64,000 nucleotides of DNA from Candidatus Binatia bacterium (GTDB lineage Bacteria > Desulfobacterota > Binatia > UBA9968 > CAXXLF01), in NCBI GenBank assembly GCA_963664015.2, contig CAXXLF010000001.1, positions 192,001 through 256,000 of the forward strand, read 5' to 3'. Below are positions 29,079 to 38,847 of this stretch, one piece after another; within the stretch, counting starts at the first letter, position 1; every line of letters starts with the position of its first letter. The notes under the pieces are model-generated. The model was not told where the DNA came from. It did no database searches and saw only the letters and a list, made by a program, of their open reading frames with translations. A program made the translations under genes and the position numbers.

Positions 29079-29108
29079 ACCAATAAAGCCCTCACGGATT
29101 TATGTGGA

Positions 29109-29681
29109 TTAGCGCACTGTCGGCACCTTCAACTCCCTTTGAACACGACTCAGCCCTATAGCGGCTTCTCGGTTCTTAGGATTGAGTCGAAGGGCGGCAG
29201 TGTAACTCCGATGGGCCGGTTCGAGCAGGCCCAATTCCTGATAGTTCTTGCCTTTGAGATTGTAAACTTCCCCCAACCAAAACGCCTGGCTGCTCAAGAG
29301 AGACTCTGCCACATCGAGGAATTCAACCGATTGGCGGTACTTGGTCAGATGGAAATGGGCCTTGCCCAGAAAGTAATAAACGTATTGATTGGAGGAATCG
29401 ATCGCAAGAGCCTGTTCCATGCGTGTTAACGCTTTCTGATAGTGCCCCGAGTCAAGTAGTTTTCTGCCTTCTTCCGTCAGGCGTAGGGAGGCCGCCCGTC
29501 GGGGTGGTGTGTTGGCCTTGATCTTGGCGGCCAGGGAGGCATCCTCCGAGGAATACTCCCTAGGGGCCGTTACCGTACCCTCTCCCCGCGTCCGGGAGGA
29601 AGGCCACCAAACCTGTTCCAGTGGAGCGCAGCCTCCTGCTAGAGACAGCAGGAGCAGTAGAAGCCCGAATCTCATGCCCAT
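29109..29681 (-). CDS. TPR lipoprotein, LpoP-like PBP1B partner
   Basis: lipobox LAGGC, TPR-like repeats; ATG overlaps the mrcB stop (TGATG). Confidence 0.7.
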   Translation of the reverse strand: MGMRFGLLLLLLSLAGGCAPLEQVWWPSSRTRGEGTVTAPREYSSEDASLAAKIKANTPPRRAASLRLTEEGRKLLDSGHYQKALTRMEQALAIDSSNQYVYYFLGKAHFHLTKYRQSVEFLDVAESLLSSQAFWLGEVYNLKGKNYQELGLLEPAHRSYTAALRLNPKNREAAIGLSRVQRELKVPTVR

Positions 29682-32065
29682 CACCTTGCCGCAGGGCTGA
29701 TCGGCCACGAAGAATGATTCAAAGTGGGCGCCGCTTCCCTAAGCGCGATGGGAGCCGGGTGAAGCGGGCAGAATTCCTTCGGTCCCTTACCTTCGAGGAA
29801 GGCTTCTTGAATAACCTTCGGGCAATTGGGGGTTGCTAGGTAGCCGCTCAAAGGATCGACCTCGATCAATTCGATTCCGGGAGGCGGTCGAAAATCGGTC
29901 ACTGGGCTTCCTGCTGTCGCCCGTTTCATGAATTCGGTCCAAATGGGCAACGCCGCCTGCCCGCCGGACAAACCCAGCGAGCTCTCTTTGTCAAACCCTA
30001 CCCAGACGACGGCCAATAGATCAGGCGTGTAACCGCCAAACCAAGCGTCACGCGTGTCGTTGGTGGTTCCGGTTTTTCCAGCCGCGGGCCGAGTGAAGCC
30101 GCGCCACCTCGCACCTCGAGCCGTGCCTCGGTCCATTACCCCCTTGAGCATATGGTTCATCATATAGGCAACCTGCGGAGTGATCACCTTTTTGACCCGT
30201 ATGTTCCTTCTCTCTAAGACACGCCCCTGCTGATCCATGACTTGCTTGACAGCCAAAGGGTTGGTACGCACCCCGTTGTTGGCTAGCGTTGAAAAGGCTC
30301 TTGAAATCTCCAGTACTGTCACCTCTACCGAACCCAATGCCAATGACGGCAAAAGGAGCATTTTACTCTCTATTCCAAGACGGTAAGCCATGTCTCGTAC
30401 TTTGCGAATACCCACCCGGTTGGCGATTCGGGCGGTAGCCGTATTCAACGACATCACCAGTGCCTGCCTTAGAGTCACAATCCCATAATAGGCGTCCTGG
30501 TAATTTTCCGGCTTCCACTCCTTATCTTCGTAGTTCCAGGTGAAGGGGCTATCCTCCACAAAACTCAGTGGCGTGAATTCTTCCGTTTTATCCTCGGACC
30601 CGTGGACAAGTGCCGCCAGATAGACAAAGGGCTTGAAGATCGAACCCGGTTGGCGCTTCGCTTGAACCACCCGATTGAACTGAGACTTCTGATAATCTCG
30701 GCCTCCGACCATGGCTTTGATTTCGCCAGTCTGAGGCTTGATGACAACGATCGCTCCCTCCAATCGATCATCTTCCCCGATCTTGCGTAGATGGGGGAAC
30801 CTCTTCTCCAGGTCATCCAAACCCTCCTGCAGGGCTGTTTCGGCCTTTCTTTGGAGATTCAGATCCAAGCTGGTGAAAATCCGCAATCCCTCCGCTGTGA
30901 GCACCTCCGAGGAATAGTTTTCGGCCAACTCATTCCTTAAATAATCCACGTAGAAGGGGGCATCATTGGCATGCCTCACGAACTCTCGGGATCGGATAAT
31001 CTCCCTCAATCCTCGCTCGTACTTGGCGCGTGTGATAAATCCTTCTTCGAACATCCGGGCTAAAACAATATTCCGACGACGGGTTGCCCCCTTGACGGTT
31101 TTGTATGGGGAGTACCGATTGGGAGCCCGAATCAAACCGGCCAATAGGGCCATTTCTCCTACTGTCAACTGCCGGGGCTCCTTCGAAAAGTAAAACTGGG
31201 CGGCCTCCCAGATACCGAACACACCCCGGGTTCCCTTTTGCCCAAGATAGATTTCATTCAAATAGTTCTGAAGTATCTCATCTTTGGAATATTTCCACTC
31301 GGCTACCGTCGCCATCAATGCTTCTTTGACCTTCCGTTTGATGGTTCGCTCGCTGTCAAGAAAGAAGTTCTTCATTAACTGCTGCGTCAGGGTACTCCCC
31401 CCCTGCATAATTTCACCACGAGTCACATTCACAAGGAACGCCCGCATAACAGCTAGCGGGTCGATACCCCAATGCTGGTAAAACCTCTCGTCCTCTATGG
31501 CCAGGATTGCACGGACCAGCAGCGGGGGAACCTGTGCCAGAGTCACCAACCGGCGTTCCTCCCAAACGCTATCGTAAAACCCGGTTATCAGCTCGGGCTC
31601 GATTTCCAGGGAGAAGACCTCTGCACCCGTTGCCAGGTTGTGAATCTTTGCCGCCGTATTAGAACCGATCGTGATCCGTACCGGATAGCCTTTGAAAGGA
31701 CCCAAGGCATATTGAAAATCATGGAGATAGACCTCCACGAATCCGTCTTTTCTCGAGATACGGAATTCGCCGCCAGACCGTGGCTGTCCCTGAGACTGAC
31801 GGTAGCCTAAACGGGTAAGCTTGGTCCCGATATCATCGATGCCCAGGGTCATGCCTGGGTAAATCAGGTAGGTATCCGCATAAATCTTGGACGGGAATTT
31901 CCATTTTTGCCCTTCAAACTTGGCCGTCACGACCCCTTCCAGGTACTTTATATACCAGATCCCGAGAAAGGCACCACCGGCTAGGAACAGTGTCAAGAGC
32001 AAAAGGGTGATTTTGAGAAAGGGCAGTCGACTGAGGCTTTTTAATTTACTTTTCCAATCGAACAT
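29681..32065 (-). CDS. mrcB: penicillin-binding protein 1B
   Basis: UB2H-like domain, EDERF, GGSTLTQQ transglycosylase, SIFK/SLN/KTG transpeptidase motifs. Confidence 0.9.
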   Translation of the reverse strand: MFDWKSKLKSLSRLPFLKITLLLLTLFLAGGAFLGIWYIKYLEGVVTAKFEGQKWKFPSKIYADTYLIYPGMTLGIDDIGTKLTRLGYRQSQGQPRSGGEFRISRKDGFVEVYLHDFQYALGPFKGYPVRITIGSNTAAKIHNLATGAEVFSLEIEPELITGFYDSVWEERRLVTLAQVPPLLVRAILAIEDERFYQHWGIDPLAVMRAFLVNVTRGEIMQGGSTLTQQLMKNFFLDSERTIKRKVKEALMATVAEWKYSKDEILQNYLNEIYLGQKGTRGVFGIWEAAQFYFSKEPRQLTVGEMALLAGLIRAPNRYSPYKTVKGATRRRNIVLARMFEEGFITRAKYERGLREIIRSREFVRHANDAPFYVDYLRNELAENYSSEVLTAEGLRIFTSLDLNLQRKAETALQEGLDDLEKRFPHLRKIGEDDRLEGAIVVIKPQTGEIKAMVGGRDYQKSQFNRVVQAKRQPGSIFKPFVYLAALVHGSEDKTEEFTPLSFVEDSPFTWNYEDKEWKPENYQDAYYGIVTLRQALVMSLNTATARIANRVGIRKVRDMAYRLGIESKMLLLPSLALGSVEVTVLEISRAFSTLANNGVRTNPLAVKQVMDQQGRVLERRNIRVKKVITPQVAYMMNHMLKGVMDRGTARGARWRGFTRPAAGKTGTTNDTRDAWFGGYTPDLLAVVWVGFDKESSLGLSGGQAALPIWTEFMKRATAGSPVTDFRPPPGIELIEVDPLSGYLATPNCPKVIQEAFLEGKGPKEFCPLHPAPIALREAAPTLNHSSWPISPAAR

Positions 32066-32124
32066 CTGGCAATCCAACTACAACTTGAACTTACCACTTC
32101 CCCCTAGAGGAGTCAAAAAATGAG

Positions 32125-32157
32125 AAAAGGGACCAGATCACTTCAATCCGGTCCCTT
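32125..32157 (-). terminator. putative intrinsic terminator after degP
   Basis: AAGGGACC...GGTCCCTT stem followed by a T-run on the minus strand. Confidence 0.5.
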
Positions 32158-32194
32158 AAATCACTGAGAATCAAAAGTTTTCACCTAACGTGAA

Positions 32195-33688
32195 TCAAGG
32201 ACTTTTAAGGGCAAGGAAGAGCGTGGTGTCGCCACGCCGGAGCCAAAAAAGGACACCTTTTCCCTTTTTCATTCTGCCTATCGATTTCTCGTAATCGGCC
32301 AGGTTACGGACCGCCCGACGATCGATCTCCAATATGACATCACGGCGGCGGAGTCCTGCCCCATTGGCCGGGCTCCCGGGTTCAACCATGGTGATAACCA
32401 CTCCCTCGGCACGATCCAGTCCCAGGCTTTCTGCGATCTGTGGGGTAACTCTCTGAACAGTCAAGCCCAGCTCCCCTTTTTCCGTGACCGATGCAAAGAC
32501 CTCTTTTTCCTTCAACTCCCCAATGCTCACCTTGAGCTTGACCTCTTCCCCCTCGCGTAGGACTTTTACCGTTACCTCTTTTCCAACGGGAGCCCGAGCA
32601 ACGATGATCGGCAGGTCATTGGATTCGCGAACCTCTTGGCCATCGAACTCAATGATAACATCGCCCACCTTCACTCCAGCCAACTCTGCGGGTCCCGCTT
32701 TGAACACATCTGCGACCAGTGCGCCCCTACCCTTTCCCATACCAAGGGATTCGGCAATCGCAGGAGTTACGGCTTGGATAACGACCCCCAACCATCCCCG
32801 GGTCACCTTCCCCTTGGATTTCAATTGGGGCAATAGTTCCTTAACCAGATTGATAGGGATGGCAAACCCTATCCCAATATTTCCTCCCCCCCGGCTAAAA
32901 ATGGCCGTATTGAGCCCGACTACCTCGCCCTTAAGGTTAATCAGGGGACCGCCCGAGTTGCCTGGATTGATCGAGGCGTCGGTCTGTATAAAATTGTCGT
33001 AAGGGCCGGCACCGATGTTTCGTCCCTTCGCACTGACAATTCCGGCTGTCACACTGTGCTCCAGCCCAAAAGGATTACCTATAGCTAAAACCCACTCGCC
33101 AACTTCTAGGGCCGTCGAGTCCCCCATAAGAACAATCGGAAGTTCCCTTTTGGCATCGACCTTGATAACCGCAATGTCTGTTTTCGCATCCCGCCCGACG
33201 ATCTTGGCCTCCAATTCGACCTCATCGGATAATCTGACAATAATTTTATCAGCATCCTCAACCACATGGTTATTGGTAAGAATGTACCCTTCGTGATCCA
33301 CAATGAATCCGGAACCCAGGCTCTTTTGACGGAACTGTCCCTCCGGGAATTGGTCCCCGAAAAACCGCCTCCAGAACTCACTGCGGGGATCTTCCTCCCC
33401 GAAGGGATTAGGACCGGGCTGGCCGCCACCTCCACCAACCTGAGTGGTCGATATATTAACAACCGCGGGGGTGAGCTGTTTCGACAGATTAACGAAATCA
33501 GGCAGGCCCTGCGGATTCTTGGACCCAGCCTGCACAACCGGTACCCCGGTGGACAGGGAGACAAGCGGTCCCCACCCGGGCCGCCAGTCTTGCGCGAACA
33601 TCATTATTCCTGTCAACAAGAAACCGCCAGTTAAGATAATGATGCGCTGGATATGGCGTGATCCGCCTCGCAGGGTCATATATTTCAT
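32195..33688 (-). CDS. degP: DegP/DegQ (Do) serine endoprotease with two PDZ domains
   Basis: TNNHV, DIAV, INPGNSGGPL, RGWLGV. Confidence 0.9.
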   Translation of the reverse strand: MKYMTLRGGSRHIQRIIILTGGFLLTGIMMFAQDWRPGWGPLVSLSTGVPVVQAGSKNPQGLPDFVNLSKQLTPAVVNISTTQVGGGGGQPGPNPFGEEDPRSEFWRRFFGDQFPEGQFRQKSLGSGFIVDHEGYILTNNHVVEDADKIIVRLSDEVELEAKIVGRDAKTDIAVIKVDAKRELPIVLMGDSTALEVGEWVLAIGNPFGLEHSVTAGIVSAKGRNIGAGPYDNFIQTDASINPGNSGGPLINLKGEVVGLNTAIFSRGGGNIGIGFAIPINLVKELLPQLKSKGKVTRGWLGVVIQAVTPAIAESLGMGKGRGALVADVFKAGPAELAGVKVGDVIIEFDGQEVRESNDLPIIVARAPVGKEVTVKVLREGEEVKLKVSIGELKEKEVFASVTEKGELGLTVQRVTPQIAESLGLDRAEGVVITMVEPGSPANGAGLRRRDVILEIDRRAVRNLADYEKSIGRMKKGKGVLFWLRRGDTTLFLALKSP

Positions 33689-33697
33689 GAAGCTCTC

Positions 33698-34135
33698 CTA
33701 TTTATTCCGTACGGCTTCAACGTATTTCATACGTAATTCGAAAAGAATCTCTTCCATGAGTTTGTCCTCTTCGGGATCTAGGTTTCCCCGCGTCTTATCA
33801 CGCAAGAGGTTGATAATATCTATGGTTTGTTTGGCTATCTTAACTTCCTTTTCAATTTGGCCAGTCAATGGATTGGGGATTTCTCCCAATTGCATCAAGA
33901 CCTGGGTACTCAAACTAATAATGAAAGTTGGGAAATTGATGGCTGGCGGCACCTCGTCGGACTCGGGCGCTCTGTAGGCCTCCGGTTGCTGTGCCGTTGC
34001 CTGATCGGCGCCCGGTGGGGGAGATTGCCCCTCCGACGGCTCCGAGGGCTCCGAGGGCTCACCGGTATCCCCAGAAAATCGGCGCCGATCTTGAACCTTG
34101 AAACCCTTACCCTCTTGTTCCATATCGTCCGCCAT
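33698..34135 (-). CDS. DUF1844-like protein
   Basis: FKVQDRRRF, F..FIISL, LGEIPNP, IDIINLLRDKTRGNL. Confidence 0.8.
   Translation of the reverse strand: MADDMEQEGKGFKVQDRRRFSGDTGEPSEPSEPSEGQSPPPGADQATAQQPEAYRAPESDEVPPAINFPTFIISLSTQVLMQLGEIPNPLTGQIEKEVKIAKQTIDIINLLRDKTRGNLDPEEDKLMEEILFELRMKYVEAVRNK
34031..34060. repeat. 9-bp in-frame tandem repeat (PSE)x3
   Basis: CTCCGACGG-CTCCGAGGG-CTCCGAGGG-CTC. Confidence 0.7.
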
Positions 34136-34264
34136 AAAGCCTCCGTATGAAAGACCGCAAAAATCTTCCGAACGTTAAGTAAGTCTAGGGATTTGACGCT
34201 TACGCACGTAGGTGAGATTGAGTCGCCAAGTGTGCTGAATCGATTGCACCTCCCGCAATTAACT

Positions 34265-35332
34265 TTAAGACCACCTTTTTTCCTTGTCAAGGATACTGTG
34301 CTGATCAACGACCTGTTCCAACAACCCAACGACCTGGTCGGGGACCAGTTCCTGCAGGCAAATACGGCCCTGACAAATCCGCGCTCGGGAAAGACCGCAC
34401 GGAGAACAACCTACCCCCCTCCTCAAAATCGAGACATTTATTCCCCGCGGCGCCCATTGAACAGGATCCGTCGGTCCGAAGATAGCTACCGTTGAAACCC
34501 CCACCGCGGCCGCTAGATGAGTCGCGCCGCTATCATTTCCCAAGTAAAGATCGCAGCGGCTCTGCAAGACGGCCAGCTGTCCAAGACTCATCTCTCGGAC
34601 ACAGATCGCTTCTTTCCAGATAGGGTCGCTCCCCATTTTTTCATCTTCCACCGGACCACGCAGAACCAGCGTCTCCCCACGGGTTGTGGACCGCCACCAC
34701 TGTGACACGTTGCCATAAAAAAACGGGGGCCAGTTTTTAGCCTGTGAGCCACTGCCCGGGGCAAGGGCGAGCACCCTCTTCCCGGCAAGTCCGTTTTCTT
34801 GCCAATACCGATCACACCACTTTTGCGCATCCCCCTGTAGGAAAATGTTGGGCAATGGCGCAAGCCTATCCTCATTGAGCAGGCTCGACAAGTAATAGTC
34901 GGCCATGTGAACCCGGGTTCCCGGCGGCCGAAACGGCAGTATGTGAAGATCACCCAAATAATGAGTTCTTAGGCTATTTACAAAATCCGATTGATGAGCT
35001 CCCATCCACGAGTAAATGCAATCAAAGGAACAAAGATATTCCCGCATTGCTGGCCCCATGGCCTGCGGCCCTGCAAACAAACAGCCGATGGGGTGGCAGT
35101 CCAGAGAACGAACGGTCATGGCGGGTTCCCTGGGAAACAATAACTCAGCGTATTCGGCCCGCGCCGCCAACTCAAAATGTACCTGGGGTTCCCTCTCTAC
35201 AATTGTTCTTAGAGTGGGGAGAAAGCAGAGGAAATCACCCAGGGCTCCGGGGAAAACAATAAGCCCCTTCTTCTCAACCTGGGAGTCTGACCGGAGTGGT
35301 GAGGCTATGAGATCCTTCAATTGACTTTCCAC
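34265..35332 (-). CDS. glycosyltransferase family 9 (LPS heptosyltransferase-like)
   Basis: GALGD, APGSG..KNW, GNDSGATHLAAA, FGPT. Confidence 0.9.
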   Translation of the reverse strand: MESQLKDLIASPLRSDSQVEKKGLIVFPGALGDFLCFLPTLRTIVEREPQVHFELAARAEYAELLFPREPAMTVRSLDCHPIGCLFAGPQAMGPAMREYLCSFDCIYSWMGAHQSDFVNSLRTHYLGDLHILPFRPPGTRVHMADYYLSSLLNEDRLAPLPNIFLQGDAQKWCDRYWQENGLAGKRVLALAPGSGSQAKNWPPFFYGNVSQWWRSTTRGETLVLRGPVEDEKMGSDPIWKEAICVREMSLGQLAVLQSRCDLYLGNDSGATHLAAAVGVSTVAIFGPTDPVQWAPRGINVSILRRGVGCSPCGLSRARICQGRICLQELVPDQVVGLLEQVVDQHSILDKEKRWS

Positions 35333-35403
35333 AATGGAATATATAGCATAGCGTTGATTTTAGATAGCTTAACCTACCCCATAAATTTCATGCAAGACGA
35401 CCC

Positions 35404-36351
35404 ATGGCAGATTTAAACGGCGCCCGCTCCATACTGGATCTTATTGGATCAACGCCGGTAGTCAAATTGAGACACATTCCGGGCAAGCAAGACGCCGAGG
35501 TGTGGGGCAAACTGGAATCCCGAAATCCCGGTGGATCGGTCAAGGATCGAATATGCCTCAGCATGATTGAGGTTGCAGAGCACCAAGGGGACCTAAAGCC
35601 TGGTGGAACCATTGTAGAACCTACAAGTGGAAACACCGGCATTGGCCTTGCCCTGGTAACCGCGGTCAAGGGATATAGACTGATACTAACCATGCCGGAC
35701 ACTATGAGTGAGGAGCGCCGTAGCCTCCTCACTGCCTACGGGGCCAAGTTGATTCTAACACCGGACACCAAAGGGATGGGGGGAGCCATCCAAAAGGCGG
35801 AGCAACTCGTCCTCGAGCACCCCGATTACTTCATGCCGCAGCAATTTAATAACCCGGCAAACCCGGAGGTCCACCGCCGGACCACCGCCATTGAACTTCT
35901 CAGCCAGTTCAAGCGAATCGACGCGTTCATTTCTGCCGTAGGAACAGGAGGCACCATTACCGGGGTTGGAGAAGTTCTTAAGGACCGAATGCCGGGAATT
36001 AAAATCTATGCGGTAGAACCCGCAGCATCACCGGTTCTTTCCGGAGGGGAGGCAGGCTTCCATGGCATTCAAGGTATCGGGGCTGGATTCGTACCAAAAG
36101 TCCTAAATATCCGGATATATGACGAGGTGGTTACAGTATCCGACGAGGATGCAGCCCTTTGCGCCCGCCGTCTCACCCTGGAAGAAGGGATCTTTGTTGG
36201 AATTTCCTCTGGCGCTGCATGCCATGCTGCCCTACAGGTGGCCAAAACACTGGGACAAGGTGCCACTGTCGTCACTATATTTTGCGACACCGGGGAACGG
36301 TATCTCAGCACCAAGACCTTCGGAAGCCCACCGGTAACAGGTTCCAACTAA
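35404..36351 (+). CDS. cysK: cysteine synthase A
   Basis: [34 protein letters not shown]. Confidence 0.95.
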   Translation: MADLNGARSILDLIGSTPVVKLRHIPGKQDAEVWGKLESRNPGGSVKDRICLSMIEVAEHQGDLKPGGTIVEPTSGNTGIGLALVTAVKGYRLILTMPDTMSEERRSLLTAYGAKLILTPDTKGMGGAIQKAEQLVLEHPDYFMPQQFNNPANPEVHRRTTAIELLSQFKRIDAFISAVGTGGTITGVGEVLKDRMPGIKIYAVEPAASPVLSGGEAGFHGIQGIGAGFVPKVLNIRIYDEVVTVSDEDAALCARRLTLEEGIFVGISSGAACHAALQVAKTLGQGATVVTIFCDTGERYLSTKTFGSPPVTGSN

Positions 36352-36370
36352 TCTAGAAGTATTTTCGAAC

Positions 36371-36619
36371 GTGCAAAACTCTTCCTATCCAATGAATATG
36401 GGCGCCCCATCGACGATTGCCTCCTCCGAACACTTCCTCAAAGGGCTTGGTTTGACTCAATGCCACGTCGGCATCCATGATGAACTCGTTAGGATCTGTA
36501 CTTCGGCCACTGAAATGAACCGTCTCATTGACCACTCCATAAGGGAAACCATTGTTCAAGGATTTAAAGAACTTGGTTTTAACTATGTGAGTTTGGATCT
36601 CGAGGAACAGTCACCGTAA
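36371..36619 (+). pseudogene. degenerate C-terminal remnant of a LarE-like sulfur transferase
   Basis: EHFLKGLGLTQCHV..H.ELVRI and FKELGFNYVSLDLE resemble the LarE C-terminus; N-terminal PP-loop absent. Confidence 0.6.
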
Positions 36620-36664
36620 TTAGGAGCATGCGTTGATCACTTCACCGGGCAACGAGTGCTGTCT

Positions 36665-37366
36665 TTACCTTGGGATCTTGCCAGAACTTAAAAGCATTTC
36701 GGCGAAGATAAGATCTTGCGGGTAGGTCACTTTAAGATTCGTCCTCTTCCCTTCCAATACGTTTACAACCTTTCCTAGTTGTTCCACCAGCATAGCGTCG
36801 TCGGTTGCCTCGACCCGCTTTAGGCTTCCTTCTAAATGAGCCTCTCGAATTATCTTGGTGGGAAACACCTGAGGGGTTTGAATACTCCACAAGCTATCCC
36901 TTGACGGAGTTTCAAGAATTCGTTTATCGGCAGAGACCACTTTGATCGTATCTTGGACTCGAACCCCCGTTACCACGCATTTTCCTTGCAACGCCTCATC
37001 GACACATCGATCGATCAGATCAGGAGAAACAAACGGGCGCGCCCCATCGTGGATAACCACCACATCACAATCATTATCCAATCGCTCCAACCCGAGGGCC
37101 ACAGAGTCTTGGCGCCTAACACCTCCCGCACAAACCTGGCAATCCAGTTCGCCCGAACTCCGATCGGAGCCAACAATTTCCTCACACCGCTCAACCTCGT
37201 CGGCAGCCGCGACAATGACAACTCGCCTCACACTCCGACTTGCGGCAAAACGGGCCAGAGTATGAAGAATCATTGGACGCCCGCCAAGAAGCAAGAATGG
37301 TTTCGGTATAGGTTGACCGATCCTTTTACCGTCTCCGGCGGCGACGATAAGCCCATTGACCTGCAT
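36665..37366 (-). CDS. ispD: 2-C-methyl-D-erythritol 4-phosphate cytidylyltransferase
   Basis: AAG.G.R, RQDSV, HDGARP, QTPQ, TDDA, NLKVT. Confidence 0.95.
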   Translation of the reverse strand: MQVNGLIVAAGDGKRIGQPIPKPFLLLGGRPMILHTLARFAASRSVRRVVIVAAADEVERCEEIVGSDRSSGELDCQVCAGGVRRQDSVALGLERLDNDCDVVVIHDGARPFVSPDLIDRCVDEALQGKCVVTGVRVQDTIKVVSADKRILETPSRDSLWSIQTPQVFPTKIIREAHLEGSLKRVEATDDAMLVEQLGKVVNVLEGKRTNLKVTYPQDLIFAEMLLSSGKIPR

Positions 37367-37381
37367 AAGAGAACTATGCCC

Positions 37382-37422
37382 ATAAAAAAGGCCAAAAGAT
37401 CAAGTCATTCGGCCTTTTTTAT
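37382..37422. terminator. intrinsic terminator after carD (bidirectional-type)
   Basis: ATAAAAAAGGCC...GGCCTTTTTTAT inverted repeat. Confidence 0.7.
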
Positions 37423-37453
37423 AAAGTAAGATATAAGGTTTTTATTTATTGGT

Positions 37454-37936
37454 TTAGGAGGTAAAGATATGCCGCAATTCCTCCATAATTCTCTTCTCAG
37501 GATGAGAGCGAGCTATGGAAAGTTCTTTAACCAGAAGGTTTTGTGCCGTATCGAGCACTTTCCGTTCACCGAAGGAAAGTTCCTTATCCCCCTTGAGGAG
37601 AAAAAGATCGCGCAATACCGTTGCAATTTCCAGCACTGACCCGGTCTTAATTTTTTCTGTGTATTCGCGGTAGCGGCGATTCCAGGTCTGCTGGTCAGTT
37701 TCCACTTTCTTTTGCCGTAACACCTTATATACACGGGATACCATTTGCTTATCGATAACCCTTCTCAACCCCACTGTCTGTACATTATCCACTGGAATCA
37801 TGATCTTCATGCCCGTATCCAGGATACGTAACATATAAAATTGTTTTTCTAATCCGGAAACAACCTGCTTACGAACATCCTCAATCACCCCGACCCCATG
37901 AGCGGGATAAACCACCTTATCTCCTACCTTAAACAT
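37454..37936 (-). CDS. carD: CarD/CdnL family transcription factor
   Basis: FKVGDKVVYPAHGVG, WNRRYRE, KELSFGE. Confidence 0.95.
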   Translation of the reverse strand: MFKVGDKVVYPAHGVGVIEDVRKQVVSGLEKQFYMLRILDTGMKIMIPVDNVQTVGLRRVIDKQMVSRVYKVLRQKKVETDQQTWNRRYREYTEKIKTGSVLEIATVLRDLFLLKGDKELSFGERKVLDTAQNLLVKELSIARSHPEKRIMEELRHIFTS

Positions 37937-38193
37937 GTTACCCTCCTTTTAATCGGTTAGTACCAGCCCAGTGGGACTCAAACATTGGGCCAGCAAAACA
38001 AGACTCAAAACCGCAAAAGCGGAAAACGGCGGAGAGTAGTGTGATTGGGGGAAAAAAAGTTGAGACTTTAAAAAAGATTCGATTCGTCAGGCGGGCAAAA
38101 TGTATTCCTTGCAATGTCAAACTCCGTCCTGCCGTAAACACGTGAGCCAAAACCAAATCGACCGGTTAAACTGGCCACATAAAACCAACTCCG

Positions 38194-38222
38194 TTTATAC
38201 TATTTGAACCTAGCGCAGTCAA
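38194..38222 (-). promoter_or_regulatory. putative sigma70 promoter of carD
   Basis: TTGACT-17nt-TATAAA on the minus strand. Confidence 0.5.
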
Positions 38223-38316
38223 GAGCTCGATACTTGCAAATAAAAACACTTTGCATTTCATTAGGTTAAAGAGATTATATAAACAAGTAGATCAACTATC
38301 TACAAAAATATAAAAC

Positions 38317-38835
38317 CTACCCCTTATTTGACGCCAACTCTAGGACCATAATGATCGCATCCTCACCATCGTTCGAATAGTATCCCCTCCGGAGCCCTTT
38401 GGGCTGAAAACCAAGGGACTCATAGAGTCTTTGCGCAATCCGATTGGATTGCCGGACTTCCAACGTCACTCGATTCAACTGTCGCTCTCTCGCATGATCG
38501 ATGGTTGCAGTCAATAGACCCTGGCCGATACCCCTTCGGCGAAAATCAGGATTCACGGCAAGGTTGTGAATATCTACATCGGTCGGAAGTTGCCAATAAA
38601 CTATATAAGCAATGACCCGTCCATCAATCTCAGCCAGAATGGATTTGGAATAGGAAACACGGATTTCCTCAAGAAAGAAACGTGCGCTCCAAGGACTGGT
38701 AAAAGAAGCCCGTTCAATGACCATGATTTGGTCAATGTCCGACGGAGACATCGCCCTTAAGTGAACGCGGTCCTTCAGAACGTTAAAATTAGGAGCCCCT
38801 ACCTTCTCTTGGATTTTTTCCCTTGGGCCTTCCAT
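38317..38835 (-). CDS. rimI: ribosomal protein S18 alanine N-acetyltransferase
   Basis: IERASFTSPWS, NLAV.P.FRRRGIG, LEVRQSN, YYSNDGEDA. Confidence 0.9.
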   Translation of the reverse strand: MEGPREKIQEKVGAPNFNVLKDRVHLRAMSPSDIDQIMVIERASFTSPWSARFFLEEIRVSYSKSILAEIDGRVIAYIVYWQLPTDVDIHNLAVNPDFRRRGIGQGLLTATIDHARERQLNRVTLEVRQSNRIAQRLYESLGFQPKGLRRGYYSNDGEDAIIMVLELASNKG

Positions 38836-38847
38836 TCCGATTCAGCT

